Assembly (NCBI GenBank): GCA_965240325.2
Contig: OZ251222.1
Coordinates: 3,286,001-3,350,000, forward strand
Reading direction: 5' to 3'
Source: Rebecca billardiae RCC1528
Taxonomy: Eukaryota > Protista > Haptophyta
DNA: 64,000 nucleotides
Positions within the stretch are counted from its first letter, which is position 1; each line of letters starts with the position of its first letter. The notes beneath the pieces were generated by a model that saw only the letters and a list, made by a program, of their open reading frames with translations, had not been told where the DNA came from and searched no databases. The translations under genes were made by a program, and so were the position numbers. Below, in pieces: positions 11,755-22,421 of the stretch.

Positions 11755-14023
11755 ATGCTCGGCTTGGCGGCGCGGAGCGCGGCGGCGGGTGCGGTAGGTA
11801 CGCGGTTACGCCATCATGGGACATCACGACATCTCGCATCGCCCTCGGGCTGGAGCACGCAGCGCGCGGCCACGCGCACCGCCCCTGCATCCCGGCGCTG
11901 CCAGTCGAGTACGCGCTTGCATGCCGCTCAGGCAAGCCCGCGAGAGCTGACGGCTGCCGAGGTGCTCAAGCTCGTGCAGGTGTACGGCCGGTCGTGGCAT
12001 GCGACCGAATCCGCGGTGGCGCTCGAGGAGCTCGCTCCCCTCGTCATCAGCCTGTTGCGGCTCCCCTCGGAGCACTCTCTGGAAGAAGCGCAGGCGGCAA
12101 CGCTCGCGTTCGTGTACGCCAAACTGGTGCATCGCAAGGCGGAGGTGGCCAAAGCCGTGGTGAGCGCGGCGATTGAGCGCTTCTCGTCGCGCTCGCACGG
12201 CCTCGCCGCCGCGCCGCCGCCGCTGCTCGCGCGCCTCGCGTGGGCCTCCTCGATGGCGCGGCCTGATGACGCTCGGCCGCTGGCGGCCGTGGCTGAGGCC
12301 GTGCGCGACGAGGCGGCCCTGTCGGCGTTCGGCGCGCAAGGCGTGGGCCTCGTCGCGCAGGCGTGCGCCCGCGCCGCCCGCGCCGACGCCGCCGCCCCGC
12401 CGCCCCGCCTCCTGCGCGCGCTCGCCGAGCACGTCGCGGGCAGCGCGTGTGCGCTCGAGCCGCGGCCTCTCGTGCACGTCCTCCGCGGGCTGCTCGATGC
12501 GGCGCGGCACGTGGGGCGAGGGCCGGGCGGTGCGCGTGGAGAGGCGAGCGGCGGCGCGCGGCGGGCTGCACCGGGCGGCGCGGCCGATGGCCTGTACGCG
12601 CGCTGCGCGCACGCGATGGAGCGCACGCCCGCGCACCTGCCGGAGCTGCCTGGCGCAGAGCTCGCAGCGCTTGCGCTCGCGGCTGCTGAGCTGTACAGTC
12701 GCACGCCCGCCGCTGAGCTGCGCGCGCGCGTGCGCCACGGCGTGATCGACCCGATCGTGCAGCACGCGACGGAGGCGCGCGGCATCGTCGGCGCGCACGG
12801 CCGCGCCGCGCACGCGCACGCGCCGCGGGCCGGGCAGCACGCCCTCACACCAGCAAGCGTCTCGCAGCTCGCGGTCGCGGTCGCGAGAGCGGAGGCGCGC
12901 TGGCCCGTGGAGGGCGCGGTCGAGAGGGGCTCGGGCAGAGTCGATCCGGCGCTCGAGCGGAGCCGGCGACTCGAGCGTGAGCTCTTCGAGGCGATCGAGC
13001 GCCAGTCGGGCGCGCTCTTCGACGGCGCCAGCCCCGCGCAGCTCGCCATGCTGCTCGGGGCGATGGTCGCGTGCGACTTCACCGGCTCAGGCCCGCTGCT
13101 CGAGCGCGCGAGCGAGGCCATCAGTGACAGGCTGCAGCTCGAGCTCACGCCGCTCGCGGCGATCCCGCTGGCGTGGGCGCTGTGTGCGCTGGGCGAGCAC
13201 CCGAATGGGCTGCTCTCGCGCCTCGTCGCGCGCATCAACAAGCTCGCGCCCGAGATGGAGCGGCTGCTGTCCCGGCCGAACCAGCCGAGCCAGGGCCCCA
13301 GCCCCGGTGACTCGAGCGCGGCCGCGATGGCCACGCCGCGCGCCCACACGGCGGGGCCTCATTGGCCGCTCAGCCTGCGGCGGGAGCAGGCAGTGCGGGC
13401 GAGCAAGCGGCTGCCAGCGAAGGAGCGGGTGATGCTGAGTACGCTGTCGGCGTCCCTGCGCATCGATCACGCTCACTCAGGCGTCGAGATCAGCCCCGCC
13501 CTGCGTGGTGCGCGCGGCGCGCCGCTCGGCCACGCACGCACGCGCGCGCGCGCACCGCCCTGAGGGCGCCCTGCCCGCCGTGTCGCCGCGCGCGCGCGCT
13601 GCAGGCGCGGCCTCGCAGCTGGACGCCATCCTCGCCAAGGGCACGCGGCCCTCCACCCTGCACGCGCATGTCTCGTCGGTGCTCGACGCGATGGGCGTGC
13701 CCCACATCAACGAGCACTTCCTGCCCGCCACCGGCGACGTCGTGGACATTGCGCTCAGCCCGCTGGGGAGCCGAGTGCTGATCGATGTGCTCGGGCCGAC
13801 GCACTTCCGATTCGGGACGGCACTCAACCGGCTCACGGCGCTGCAGCACGCGCGGCTCGAGCGGCTCGGGTGGCAGGTGCTGCCGCTGCCGTGGTGGGAG
13901 TGGCCGCGCGAGGGCGACCGGCTGGTGAAGGAGGCGTACCTCCGCACCCTGCTCAAGTCCCGCGGGCACGGAGGCCGAGACCCGAGTCGGCTCGCGTCGG
14001 TGTCAGCGCCATCGCCGCGTTAA
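11755..14023 (+). CDS. Helical-repeat RAP-domain organellar RNA-processing protein (FASTK/OPR-like), 2 exons
   Basis: C-terminal RAP motif VDIAL..VLIDVLGPTHF..LERLGWQVLPLPWWEW; Ala/Leu helical repeats; Arg/Ser-rich transit-like N-terminus; intron 13508-13604 (GT-AG). Confidence 0.8.
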
Positions 14024-14534
14024 CCACGGCGTGCTCGGGCTGGCAGCATGCCCACGGCGCGCGCGCGCAGGAATCGCACGTCGGCAGTGCGCATGCGCAC
14101 TTATCGCCGTAGGCGGAACTGTGATGCCCGTGATGCCTGTGGGGTTTGGTCAGTTTGGGCCCACCGCCGCCGGGCCGCCGCGGAGTTCTCAGAGGGTTTC
14201 AGTGCGGACGAGCACTCGGTGTCGACTGCGCTCGTCCACACGGTCGCGGGCGTGGCTGATCAGGCAAGATATGTGTCGGGTATATTGGTGCCTGAGCTGA
14301 GTCTAGACGTCAACCAACGACATCGAAGTACTCGATCCGGCAGGTTGCTAAGCGGAATGTCGCGGCAGAAGCCTGTATTGATACCGTCTCGCGCGCGCAA
14401 GAACACCCGACAGTGTCCCGACACAGCCAATCGATCAGCACCAATAAACCAAAGAATACTGGTCGTGGTAAAGGCCCGGATGGCCGGATTCCGACGAGCA
14501 ATCGCGCACCCGGACCCGCAAACGGTACTGAGCC

Positions 14535-15635
14535 ATGGCCGCCGCGCGACGACACCTGATCGTGCAGAGCGCGGGAGGCGTGCTGGGCTACGTGCACGCG
14601 CGTGAAGAGTACTACGCCTTCCGCTTGATTCGTGCGAACGACTCCGTTCCACTCCGTGAGGCCGAACTCGACGTCAGCGACGAGCTCGCCGCGGTGCTCG
14701 CCGGCAGCGAGGCGCTCGTCGCACAGCGGCTCGCACAGTCGCAGTCTGCGGAGGCGTTCGCAGTCGAGCTCGCTGCGATCATCGAGCAGCTACCGAGCGC
14801 CCCTTCGCTCTCAACCCTACCTTCGGAGACGTACTACACGAGCCTGATCTCTCAGCTCGACGAAATGGGCTGGGATGCGCTCGCCAGCCTGAACGACAGC
14901 CTGAGCGTTGTTGAGCTCACGCTGCAGGACGCGGCAGGGCGTGCGCATGCGCTCACACTCGAGCTGCCTTTCAACTTCCCGCGCAGCCCGCCGTCCGTGC
15001 GATGCCAGCTTCCCGCGGACTTCGAGGTCACCTGGCCCGCCTCGGCGAAGAGCGCGCGCTCGTACGACCTCAGCACGGTGCTGTCGCAGTTCCGCGCGCA
15101 GCTGAGCGCGTACCAGGAGCTGTGGGACGTGCTCGACGACCTTGACGCGCACACGGCGGTGCTCGAGCCGAGCGCGCCGACGCGGGACCAGTGCGCCCGC
15201 CGCGTCGCGCTCGGCCGGCACAGCTCCCTACAGCTCAGGCTCAACCCGAGCAGTGCGCGTGCGCTCCCAGAGCTCTTCTTCTTCGGCTCAGAGACGGTGG
15301 TCGCACCGCTGCGCGCGAGGCTCAACGAGCGGCTGGGCGTGTGGGACGCGGCGCGGAGCGTGCGCGAGAACCTGGAGCTCGTGCTCGAGCTTGAGTTCCC
15401 GCGGCCGAGCGCGGCGAACGCCGAGGAGTTCAGCGTCGAGTGCGGCGTGTGCTACACGTACAAGCTCGAAGACACCATCCCGGAGTGCGCGTGTGACGGG
15501 TGCAACCAGGTGTTCCACCATGGCTGCCTGCTCGAGTGGCTGCAGGCGCTGCCAAACTCGAAGTCATCCTTCAACTCCGTCTTCGGCACTTGCCCGTACT
15601 GCTCCAAGCCGATGTCTATCAAAGCGCATCAATGA
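14535..15635 (+). CDS. FANCL: E3 ubiquitin ligase FANCL
   Basis: RWD/UBC-like region (LWDVLDDLDAHTAVLEP, RRVALG) and FANCL RING ECGVCY..C..C..FHHGCLLEWL..SKSSFNSVFGTCPYCSKP. Confidence 0.93.
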   Translation: MAAARRHLIVQSAGGVLGYVHAREEYYAFRLIRANDSVPLREAELDVSDELAAVLAGSEALVAQRLAQSQSAEAFAVELAAIIEQLPSAPSLSTLPSETYYTSLISQLDEMGWDALASLNDSLSVVELTLQDAAGRAHALTLELPFNFPRSPPSVRCQLPADFEVTWPASAKSARSYDLSTVLSQFRAQLSAYQELWDVLDDLDAHTAVLEPSAPTRDQCARRVALGRHSSLQLRLNPSSARALPELFFFGSETVVAPLRARLNERLGVWDAARSVRENLELVLELEFPRPSAANAEEFSVECGVCYTYKLEDTIPECACDGCNQVFHHGCLLEWLQALPNSKSSFNSVFGTCPYCSKPMSIKAHQ

Positions 15636-15908
15636 TGACGGCGGTGACGACGACGCGATGTCGTGATTACGCGAGGCGGCGCCGTCATCGGACTCATCGG
15701 CCATCGGCATCGGGCGTCCGCGTCATTATGGTCGTCAGCACTTTGGCTCGTCGTGTCTCGTCGTCGGGCCAGCATTAGTCGGCGCGGTCACAATGATGAT
15801 TCATACGCGCATATAAGTGACGACGATTTCGCGTGCGTACATGCCACATCATCATCAGATTCATTGATGCTGTCGGGCGCCACTCGTCCGCCCACTCGAC
15901 ACGATTCG

Positions 15909-17864
15909 TCATCGCGCAAGAAACGTGGGCGTCATGTCCACGCCGCGGCGAACACACACCTCGCACAGCTCCTCCACGTCCGGATCGAGCTCTGGCGCAA
16001 CCCCTCGGAGGTAGGCGTAGTCCATGTCCGCACCCGCGCCGTACGGATCAGGCCGCGTTGGGAAGCGCAGTGACTGCGCCAGCGCAGTGACCCGATCGCG
16101 ACGCGGCATGCGCCGGAGCGGCGATGCAGAAGCAGTGTGCTCGAAGTCCCATCGCTTCGCCTTTGCGCTGTGCGTGATTGCAGCCGAGTCGGATGGGTCC
16201 ATATCCCAGGCGCTCACGCGCGGGCTTGCGCTTGCACGCGGCGAGCGAAAGCTGCGCCGATTCTGTCGACCGGTCGCCGTCCAGCCGTACGGTGAGGAGC
16301 CGCGCGGGCTCCTCGCGAGTGGCGGGACGAGCCGGGGGCCGCTCGGCCTCGCGGGCGAGCGCGGAGCGCGCGTGCGGCCGGTGAACGCGGCGTCCTCCCG
16401 CGCGCGAGCACGGGCTGGGGCGGGCGAGGCCCGCGGCGTGCGCGAGCCTGAGCGCCTGCGGCTTGCCATGGGTGTGCGCCGCCCAGCAGCCTCGCCGCCG
16501 ACGGCACCAGCGGCGCGGCTGCTGCTGCTGCGGCTGCTGCTGCCTCGGCCGCTGCCGCTGCGCCCACTGCCGCGCCGGCTGCTGCCACCGCCACCTGCAG
16601 AGCGAGCGTCGCTGGCAGCATCTGCCGCAGCCCGCGCCCGCGCGGAGCTCCGCCCTCCGCGCTGGACGCCGGGCGAAGCGGCGGCGCCAGACAGTCGCGC
16701 CACTCGGCGCCTGCGCACGCCGACCCCGCCGAGCGCGCTCGAGCGAGCAGCCCGCGCGCCACCGAGCGCCGCGCCCGCAGAGGGCGAGCGCGAGCGTGAC
16801 AGCGACAGCCCGCGCGCGCGCAGCCCCGGTCGCGCGCCCGACGCGCGCCTTGCGAGTCGACCCCGCGCGCGCGGCCGGCGAGCATCCTCGCCATCAGCTT
16901 CGTCGTCGCTGCCGTGCGCATCCCCGTTGGCCGCGCGGGAGCCGCCGCCGGCCGAGCTGCTGAGCTCACTGCTCGACGCTGACTGCGCCCCGCGCCGCTT
17001 CGGCGCTTCGACGATTTGCGTCACGACGCCCGGCGCGAAGCTGGTCATGCTCCCGCGCCTGAGCACGCGGCGTCGCTCGGCGAGCAGCGAGGCGGCCTCG
17101 TCTTCGTCCTCGTGGGCACTCGCCTCCTCCCCGGCCGCCGCCGCCGCCTCGTCCTCGTCGGGCGGCACGCCATCATACACGTCGTACACCTCAGAGCGCA
17201 GGTCGGAGGGGGTGCCCGAGTTGGAGGCGCTCCCCGTGCTGCGGCGCTGGGGCAGCCCGCCTCCGGCGCTCGAGGCCGGGAATGTGAGGCAGATATCGGC
17301 GAGCGGCTCGTCGCCGCCGTCGCTCGTGCTCGGCGGTACAGCGCCGCCCTCAACGCTGAGGTACTGTCGCTGCGCATGCCCGGCGGCTGGCACGCCCAGA
17401 AGCGCTGCAGCGGCGGCCGCAGCCCGGGCGCTCGTCGGCGCGGCGTGCCGCTCCGCACCAGACGGCTCGCCTCGAAAACCTGCTTCGCTTGCCCTGCCGA
17501 GGCCGGCGCCACCGTATCGCTCCGTGCCCAGTACGGCAGTGCGAGCGCCTGCTTCGCCCGAAGTGCCAAGCCCGCTGCCGAGGCCCACGCCGAGGCCCGA
17601 GCCGAAACGCCGGTCGAGGCTCACCCCGAGGCCACCATCCACGTCAGCGCTCGTACGGAGGCCGCTACCGATTCCCACGTCGGCAGTCGCCCGGAGCTTG
17701 TCCATAGACGTGGAAACGGATGAGTGCTTGACGCCGCCGCTCCCGATGACCGCCTGCATGTCGTCGTCGAGGAGGAAGAGGCGGCAAAGGCGCATCTTAC
17801 TGTGCGGCTCGAGATTAGATTGAACGATGCGGCTGTACCGTGACTTGCGCGCCTGCGCTACCAT
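15909..17864 (-). CDS. Hypothetical low-complexity Ser/Arg/Gly-rich protein (3' end uncertain)
   Basis: Long ORF from ATG 17864 with an ordered N-terminus (MVAQARKSRYSRIV..RLFLLDDD) and acidic and RS-rich tracts; divergent from CDC20. Confidence 0.55.
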   Translation of the reverse strand: MVAQARKSRYSRIVQSNLEPHSKMRLCRLFLLDDDMQAVIGSGGVKHSSVSTSMDKLRATADVGIGSGLRTSADVDGGLGVSLDRRFGSGLGVGLGSGLGTSGEAGARTAVLGTERYGGAGLGRASEAGFRGEPSGAERHAAPTSARAAAAAAALLGVPAAGHAQRQYLSVEGGAVPPSTSDGGDEPLADICLTFPASSAGGGLPQRRSTGSASNSGTPSDLRSEVYDVYDGVPPDEDEAAAAAGEEASAHEDEDEAASLLAERRRVLRRGSMTSFAPGVVTQIVEAPKRRGAQSASSSELSSSAGGGSRAANGDAHGSDDEADGEDARRPRARGRLARRASGARPGLRARGLSLSRSRSPSAGAALGGARAARSSALGGVGVRRRRVARLSGAAASPGVQRGGRSSARARAAADAASDARSAGGGGSSRRGSGRSGSGRGSSSRSSSSRAAGAVGGEAAGRRTPMASRRRSGSRTPRASPAPARARAREDAAFTGRTRAPRSPARPSGPRLVPPLARSPRGSSPYGWTATGRQNRRSFRSPRASASPRVSAWDMDPSDSAAITHSAKAKRWDFEHTASASPLRRMPRRDRVTALAQSLRFPTRPDPYGAGADMDYAYLRGVAPELDPDVEELCEVCVRRGVDMTPTFLAR

Positions 17865-18027
17865 CGCGTCGTGTGCTGCGCCTCGGTAGCGGACGTGGAG
17901 GTGCGCGGCACGGCACGCACGCAGAGACAGCCTCGCAAGCGGCCGCTCCTCTGCTCGTCCCTCGCAAGCGGCCCGGGCGGGCGGCCCCCGGACGTCGAAC
18001 GAAGTCGAATGCCGAGCGCGGAGCGCC

Positions 18028-18056
18028 GGCCGTTTCAAAATCTAAAACGGCCGTTG
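18028..18056. promoter_or_regulatory. Putative G2/M cis-element cluster (MSA AACGG x3 plus CHR TTTGAA) upstream of CDC20
   Basis: GGCCGTTTCAAAATCTAAAACGGCCGTTG contains CCGTT (18030), TTCAAA (18034), AACGG (18046) and CCGTT (18051). Confidence 0.5.
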
Positions 18057-18173
18057 CCCCAGAGGAGGCCAGGACATGAAACGCACGGCCCGAACGACGA
18101 CGCTCGCTCACTCGTGAGAGACCCACCCCGCTACCACACGCAAAGCCCTTCACTCCGGAGCACGACGACAACC

Positions 18174-19622
18174 ATGGCCACTGAGGCAAACTCGACCAGC
18201 AACCGGCGCATGCGCGACCTGTGCGAGCTTGACGACCTCCTCCGTCTGGACTCCACCCCTAAACGCACCACCACAACGGCCTCGCGCACACCGTCGTCAC
18301 GCGGCGGCGCGCTGCGGCCAAGCAAGCTCGACGTCGACAAGCCGTGCGGCGACCGCTTCATCCCGAACCGCGGCGCGTTCGACATGGCCGTCAGCCAGTT
18401 TGAGATCGCTCGGCGAGGAGACGCCGAGAACGCCAACCTCGACTACAACGCCTCCCCGGCGAAGGAGGAGTACAAGCGCGAGCTCGCGTCCACGCTCTAC
18501 CAGGGCGCGCCCGGCGCGAACAAGGTGCTCGCGTTCAAGTCGAAGGCGCCCAAGCCGGCGGAGGGGCATCAGAACTCGCTGCGCGTACTCTACTCGCAAA
18601 ATAAGGACGCGATGAACATGCCCAAGCGCTACGCGCGCAACATCCCGCAGGCGCCTGAGCGCATCCTGGACGCGCCCGACCTGATCGACGACTACTACCT
18701 CAACCTGCTCGACTGGAACGCGTCCAACGTCGTGGCGATCGCGCTGGGCGACTCGGTGTACCTGTGGAACGCAACGGACGGCTCGATCCAGCAGCTGCTG
18801 CAGACGCCCGGCGACGGCTCGCACGTCACCTCCGTCAGCTGGATCCAGGACGGCAGCCACATCGCCATCGGCACCTCGCGCAACACGACGCAGCTGTGGG
18901 ACACGGACAAGCTCAAGAAGGTCCGGGAGATGGACGGGCACCAGTCGAGGGTCGGCGCGCTGTCGTGGAACCAGCACGTGCTCTCGTCGGGAGGACGTGA
19001 CGGCTTGATCGTGCACCACGACGTGCGCGTGCAGAACCACATCTCTGCGACGCTCGCCGGGCACACTCAGGAGGTGTGCGGGCTCAAGTGGTCGCCGCAC
19101 GGCAACCAGATCGCGTCCGGCGGCAACGACAACCTGCTCAACATCTGGGACGACCGGATGTCGAGCACGCCGACATTCTCGCTGACGAACCACACGGCCG
19201 CCGTCAAGGCGCTCGCGTGGGCCCCGTGGCAGAAGAACCTCCTCGCGTCGGGCGGCGGCACGGCCGACCGGATGATCCGGTTCTGGAACACGCAGACGGG
19301 CGCGTGCCTCAACGCGGTCGACACGCACTCGCAGGTCTGCGCGCTGCAGTGGTCGAAGCACGACAAGGAGCTCGTGTCGTCGCACGGGTTCTCTCACAAC
19401 CAGCTGATCTTGTGGAAGTACCCGTCGATGGTTAAGGTGGCCGAGCTCACGGGCCACACCGCGCGCGTGCTGCACATGGCGCAGTCGCCCGACGGCACGA
19501 CGGTCGCTTCGGCAGGCGCGGACGAGACGTTGCGCTTCTGGAAGATCCTCTCCGGAGGGGACAACAAGAAGGAGATCGCGAGCTCAAACGATGGGCTGAT
19601 GAAGATGAAGAGCATTCGGTGA
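18174..19622 (+). CDS. CDC20: APC/C co-activator CDC20/Fizzy (intronless)
   Basis: C-box DRFIPNR, ILDAPDLIDDYYLNLLDW, WD40 repeats, C-terminal IR tail. Confidence 0.96.
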   Translation: MATEANSTSNRRMRDLCELDDLLRLDSTPKRTTTTASRTPSSRGGALRPSKLDVDKPCGDRFIPNRGAFDMAVSQFEIARRGDAENANLDYNASPAKEEYKRELASTLYQGAPGANKVLAFKSKAPKPAEGHQNSLRVLYSQNKDAMNMPKRYARNIPQAPERILDAPDLIDDYYLNLLDWNASNVVAIALGDSVYLWNATDGSIQQLLQTPGDGSHVTSVSWIQDGSHIAIGTSRNTTQLWDTDKLKKVREMDGHQSRVGALSWNQHVLSSGGRDGLIVHHDVRVQNHISATLAGHTQEVCGLKWSPHGNQIASGGNDNLLNIWDDRMSSTPTFSLTNHTAAVKALAWAPWQKNLLASGGGTADRMIRFWNTQTGACLNAVDTHSQVCALQWSKHDKELVSSHGFSHNQLILWKYPSMVKVAELTGHTARVLHMAQSPDGTTVASAGADETLRFWKILSGGDNKKEIASSNDGLMKMKSIR

Positions 19623-21302
19623 CCTCGCCACCTGCAGGGCTCTCTCGCGCGCGCGGCGCCCCCCCCTCCCCCTTCCCTTCCCTTTCCGTGTGTGCGCGCG
19701 CGCGCGCGTGCGCGCGCGCCGTGCGCGTTGCGCCCCGCTGTGCGCGTTGCCCTCTGCTGTGCATGCCGGCCGCGCCCGCTCGCTCGCTGCGCCAGACAGG
19801 TCTGCTTGCTCACCGGCTTTCATCCGCGACAAGGTCTTCAAACGACGCCTCGATCGCGAACCACATCGCCGGTGCTTTTCAGCGCCCTTTCGGTTCTCTC
19901 AATCTTTAAGATGACGCGCGACACTGTTCATGTGTGCTCAGTAGTGCTGCCACTGAAAGTCTGATAGCGAGCAGATAATGTCGTTGTACGTAGTATTAAG
20001 ATTTTTATCAGCTCAGCAGTTACTATCACTATGTCCCGACACTGATCAGAATCAGATAAGGATTTAATGATGCGTACCATATATATATATATATCCTATA
20101 TATATCACTATATATACATATATGTCGACTGTCATCGTGCAGATTACCAGATAGAAATAGCCGCTGATTATATTGCAGGCGGCGCTGTGCGGCGGCGCCG
20201 TCCGGCCGGGACCGTGCGCTCGGGCTCGGCCTCAGCCCGGCGGAGTTGGAGTGGCCAGTGCCAGTGCGGCCCAGTCAGTTACTCAGTATGAGTACAGAGT
20301 AGTGACTAGCTAGTGTGAGTAGTGACTTGTAGCAGGCCATCCGAGTGGGATTACTGGGAATGGAACCATTGCCGTTGGCAAATGGTTGGGGCGCGGACCG
20401 CCGTGACGCGCAACCCCCCAGTCCCCACCCGCCACCGGCGCCACCCGCCCGACCGGCTGACCGAAACCGGCGGTCCGCCACTGCGTCTGCGCGCTGCGCT
20501 GACGTGTGACGTATGTAGCTTATTTTAATCGTTTCAAAAAAGATAGCGCTAGCTAGCATACATTCAGTCACGGCAAGTGTGTCACACGATCACACTGTCC
20601 GATAACCGATATCCGAGCGGCGTGTCTGGTCATCTCGGGTGTCGGGGCCGCGGAGTCAATCAGTCCGATGGCGGTTGCCGTTACTAGCGTTATTATTCGT
20701 GTTCGTCCGTAGTCAGCCGTGCTCACTCAGCATGCCTCAGCATGGCACATCCGCACTCTAACTCGGTTATTCGCTGTCTGCCCGCCGACCCGCTGCGCGG
20801 CCGCGCGGCTTGTACTGTAGCTAGAGCTACGAACCGTACTGGCAGTCACGTACTGTTCAAACCAGTTTCCAGGTCTCTCTTCGGAGAGCGTGCGATGAAG
20901 GATGGCGCGGCAACCTGCCACCCGCCACCGTGAGCCTTACGTACGTTAAAACAAATAAACTGTAGTTACTCAATTCAAAATCAGCAATATAAAATCAATA
21001 TAAAATAAGCTAGATAGAGTCCAAGAGCTTAGAGCTATATACTCACTAGAGAGTCTCTGAGACGACTGCTGATTAAGAATCTCACGGTCGTGTGTATATA
21101 CATATATATATTCCTAGCAGTCAGTCAGAAATTACTCAGTAGTGACTAGGCTTCACCGTTGACGGCACTCAGCCGTGTCACGCGGCTGGCCGGCTGCGGG
21201 TCCGTAAGAATTTCAGCCGGAGGCTCGCAGCAGGCTGCACGTGTGAGTGCCTCGTTTCTTCGTCAATGACCAGGCATCAGTTCAACCCCAGTGTGCACAG
21301 CC

Positions 21303-21881
21303 TCAGAAGACGAGATCCGAGATGCGGCCGCGGTTGTGCATGACCTTGTTCACGTCGCAATGCCTCTCCAGGCAAGTTTGCACCGGGCCGAACAGCAGCT
21401 CGGCCTCCATGCACGACGACACGCACTCAATGGGCTGGTCCACCTCTTCATTCGAAATGCTGCACGTGTCCTGCACACACTTGGCCCATCGCTGATTGCA
21501 ATCAGGTGCATCCTGGCACGCACGCGCTTGCTCCGTGCAGTACTTGGATGTGCATTTGTGCACAGCACGTGCCATGGCCATGCGCTTCAGGAGCTCGGAG
21601 GGCTCGTGGCGAGCGACGTCGTCGATGGAGCGAAAATCGCCTCCTCGCCCCTTCACCTGGATCCCTTTCGGATCGATTGCCTGGCGCGGCACCCAGGGTG
21701 GACGCAGCTCGTCGGCAATGAAGATGTGCACCTCTTCGGCTGACACGCTGTCAACGGAGTCACGCCTGCGACCGAAGTCGACGTCGTGCAGGAGGACTAT
21801 GGACATGATGATGGGTAGCGCTGTCGCAAACAGTACAAACCCACCGAGGAGAGGGAGTGTACGTGGACCACTGAATGCCAT
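21303..21881 (-). CDS. Small membrane-anchored protein with a 10-Cys domain resembling the violaxanthin de-epoxidase N-terminal Cys-rich domain
   Basis: N-terminal TM helix; Cys spacing x4-x6-x5-x6-x4-x12-x3-x12-x4. Confidence 0.6.
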   Translation of the reverse strand: MAFSGPRTLPLLGGFVLFATALPIIMSIVLLHDVDFGRRRDSVDSVSAEEVHIFIADELRPPWVPRQAIDPKGIQVKGRGGDFRSIDDVARHEPSELLKRMAMARAVHKCTSKYCTEQARACQDAPDCNQRWAKCVQDTCSISNEEVDQPIECVSSCMEAELLFGPVQTCLERHCDVNKVMHNRGRISDLVF

Positions 21882-22189
21882 GGAATCAGAGGGGTACTAG
21901 AAGAGTGGCGTGGCCCGCCGCGGCGCCGCCATCGTTCATGCTTGTCCAGTTCCTCCGCCGCCAAATATGAACTGCTAATAAATAACTCGAGGAAAAAGAT
22001 CCGCGGCCCCGGCCGTGCTACGCAAACGATATCCGCCTCGATGACCCCTTGCTGGCACTACGCGGTGGCAAGTGGCACGGACTGACTGGCTACCACTCTC
22101 ACAACTCACTGACACTGTCTGAAACCGACACGGTGACGGTGACCATTTAGACCAACTTAGCCGACCGGGCATCTGTTGAGGAGACTGAG

Positions 22190-22421
22190 TGACGACCAGC
22201 CGGGGTCATCGTGCGGCGCTGAAGGCGAGTGAAGCCTGGCCAGACCTGTGACTGGCAGTGACTGAGTGGTCACTGCACCTCGGACCACCCGTACGGCCCG
22301 CCTCACCAGCACGGCCGATGACGACCAGCCGGGGTCATCGTGCGGCGCTGAAGCCTGGCCAGACCTGGGACTGAGTGGTCACGGCACCTGACCACCTACG
22401 GCCCCCTCACCAGCACGGCCG
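22190..22421. repeat. Degenerate tandem duplication, period about 129 bp
   Basis: TGACGACCAGCCGGGGTCATCGTGCGGCGCTGAAG at 22190 and 22319; both copies end CCTCACCAGCACGGCCG. Confidence 0.9.

Noticed and set aside
16024-17823. Long antisense/overlapping ORFs here and opposite most genes
   Set aside because: Shadow ORFs are expected at very high GC; they are Arg/Ala/Pro-rich with no motifs.
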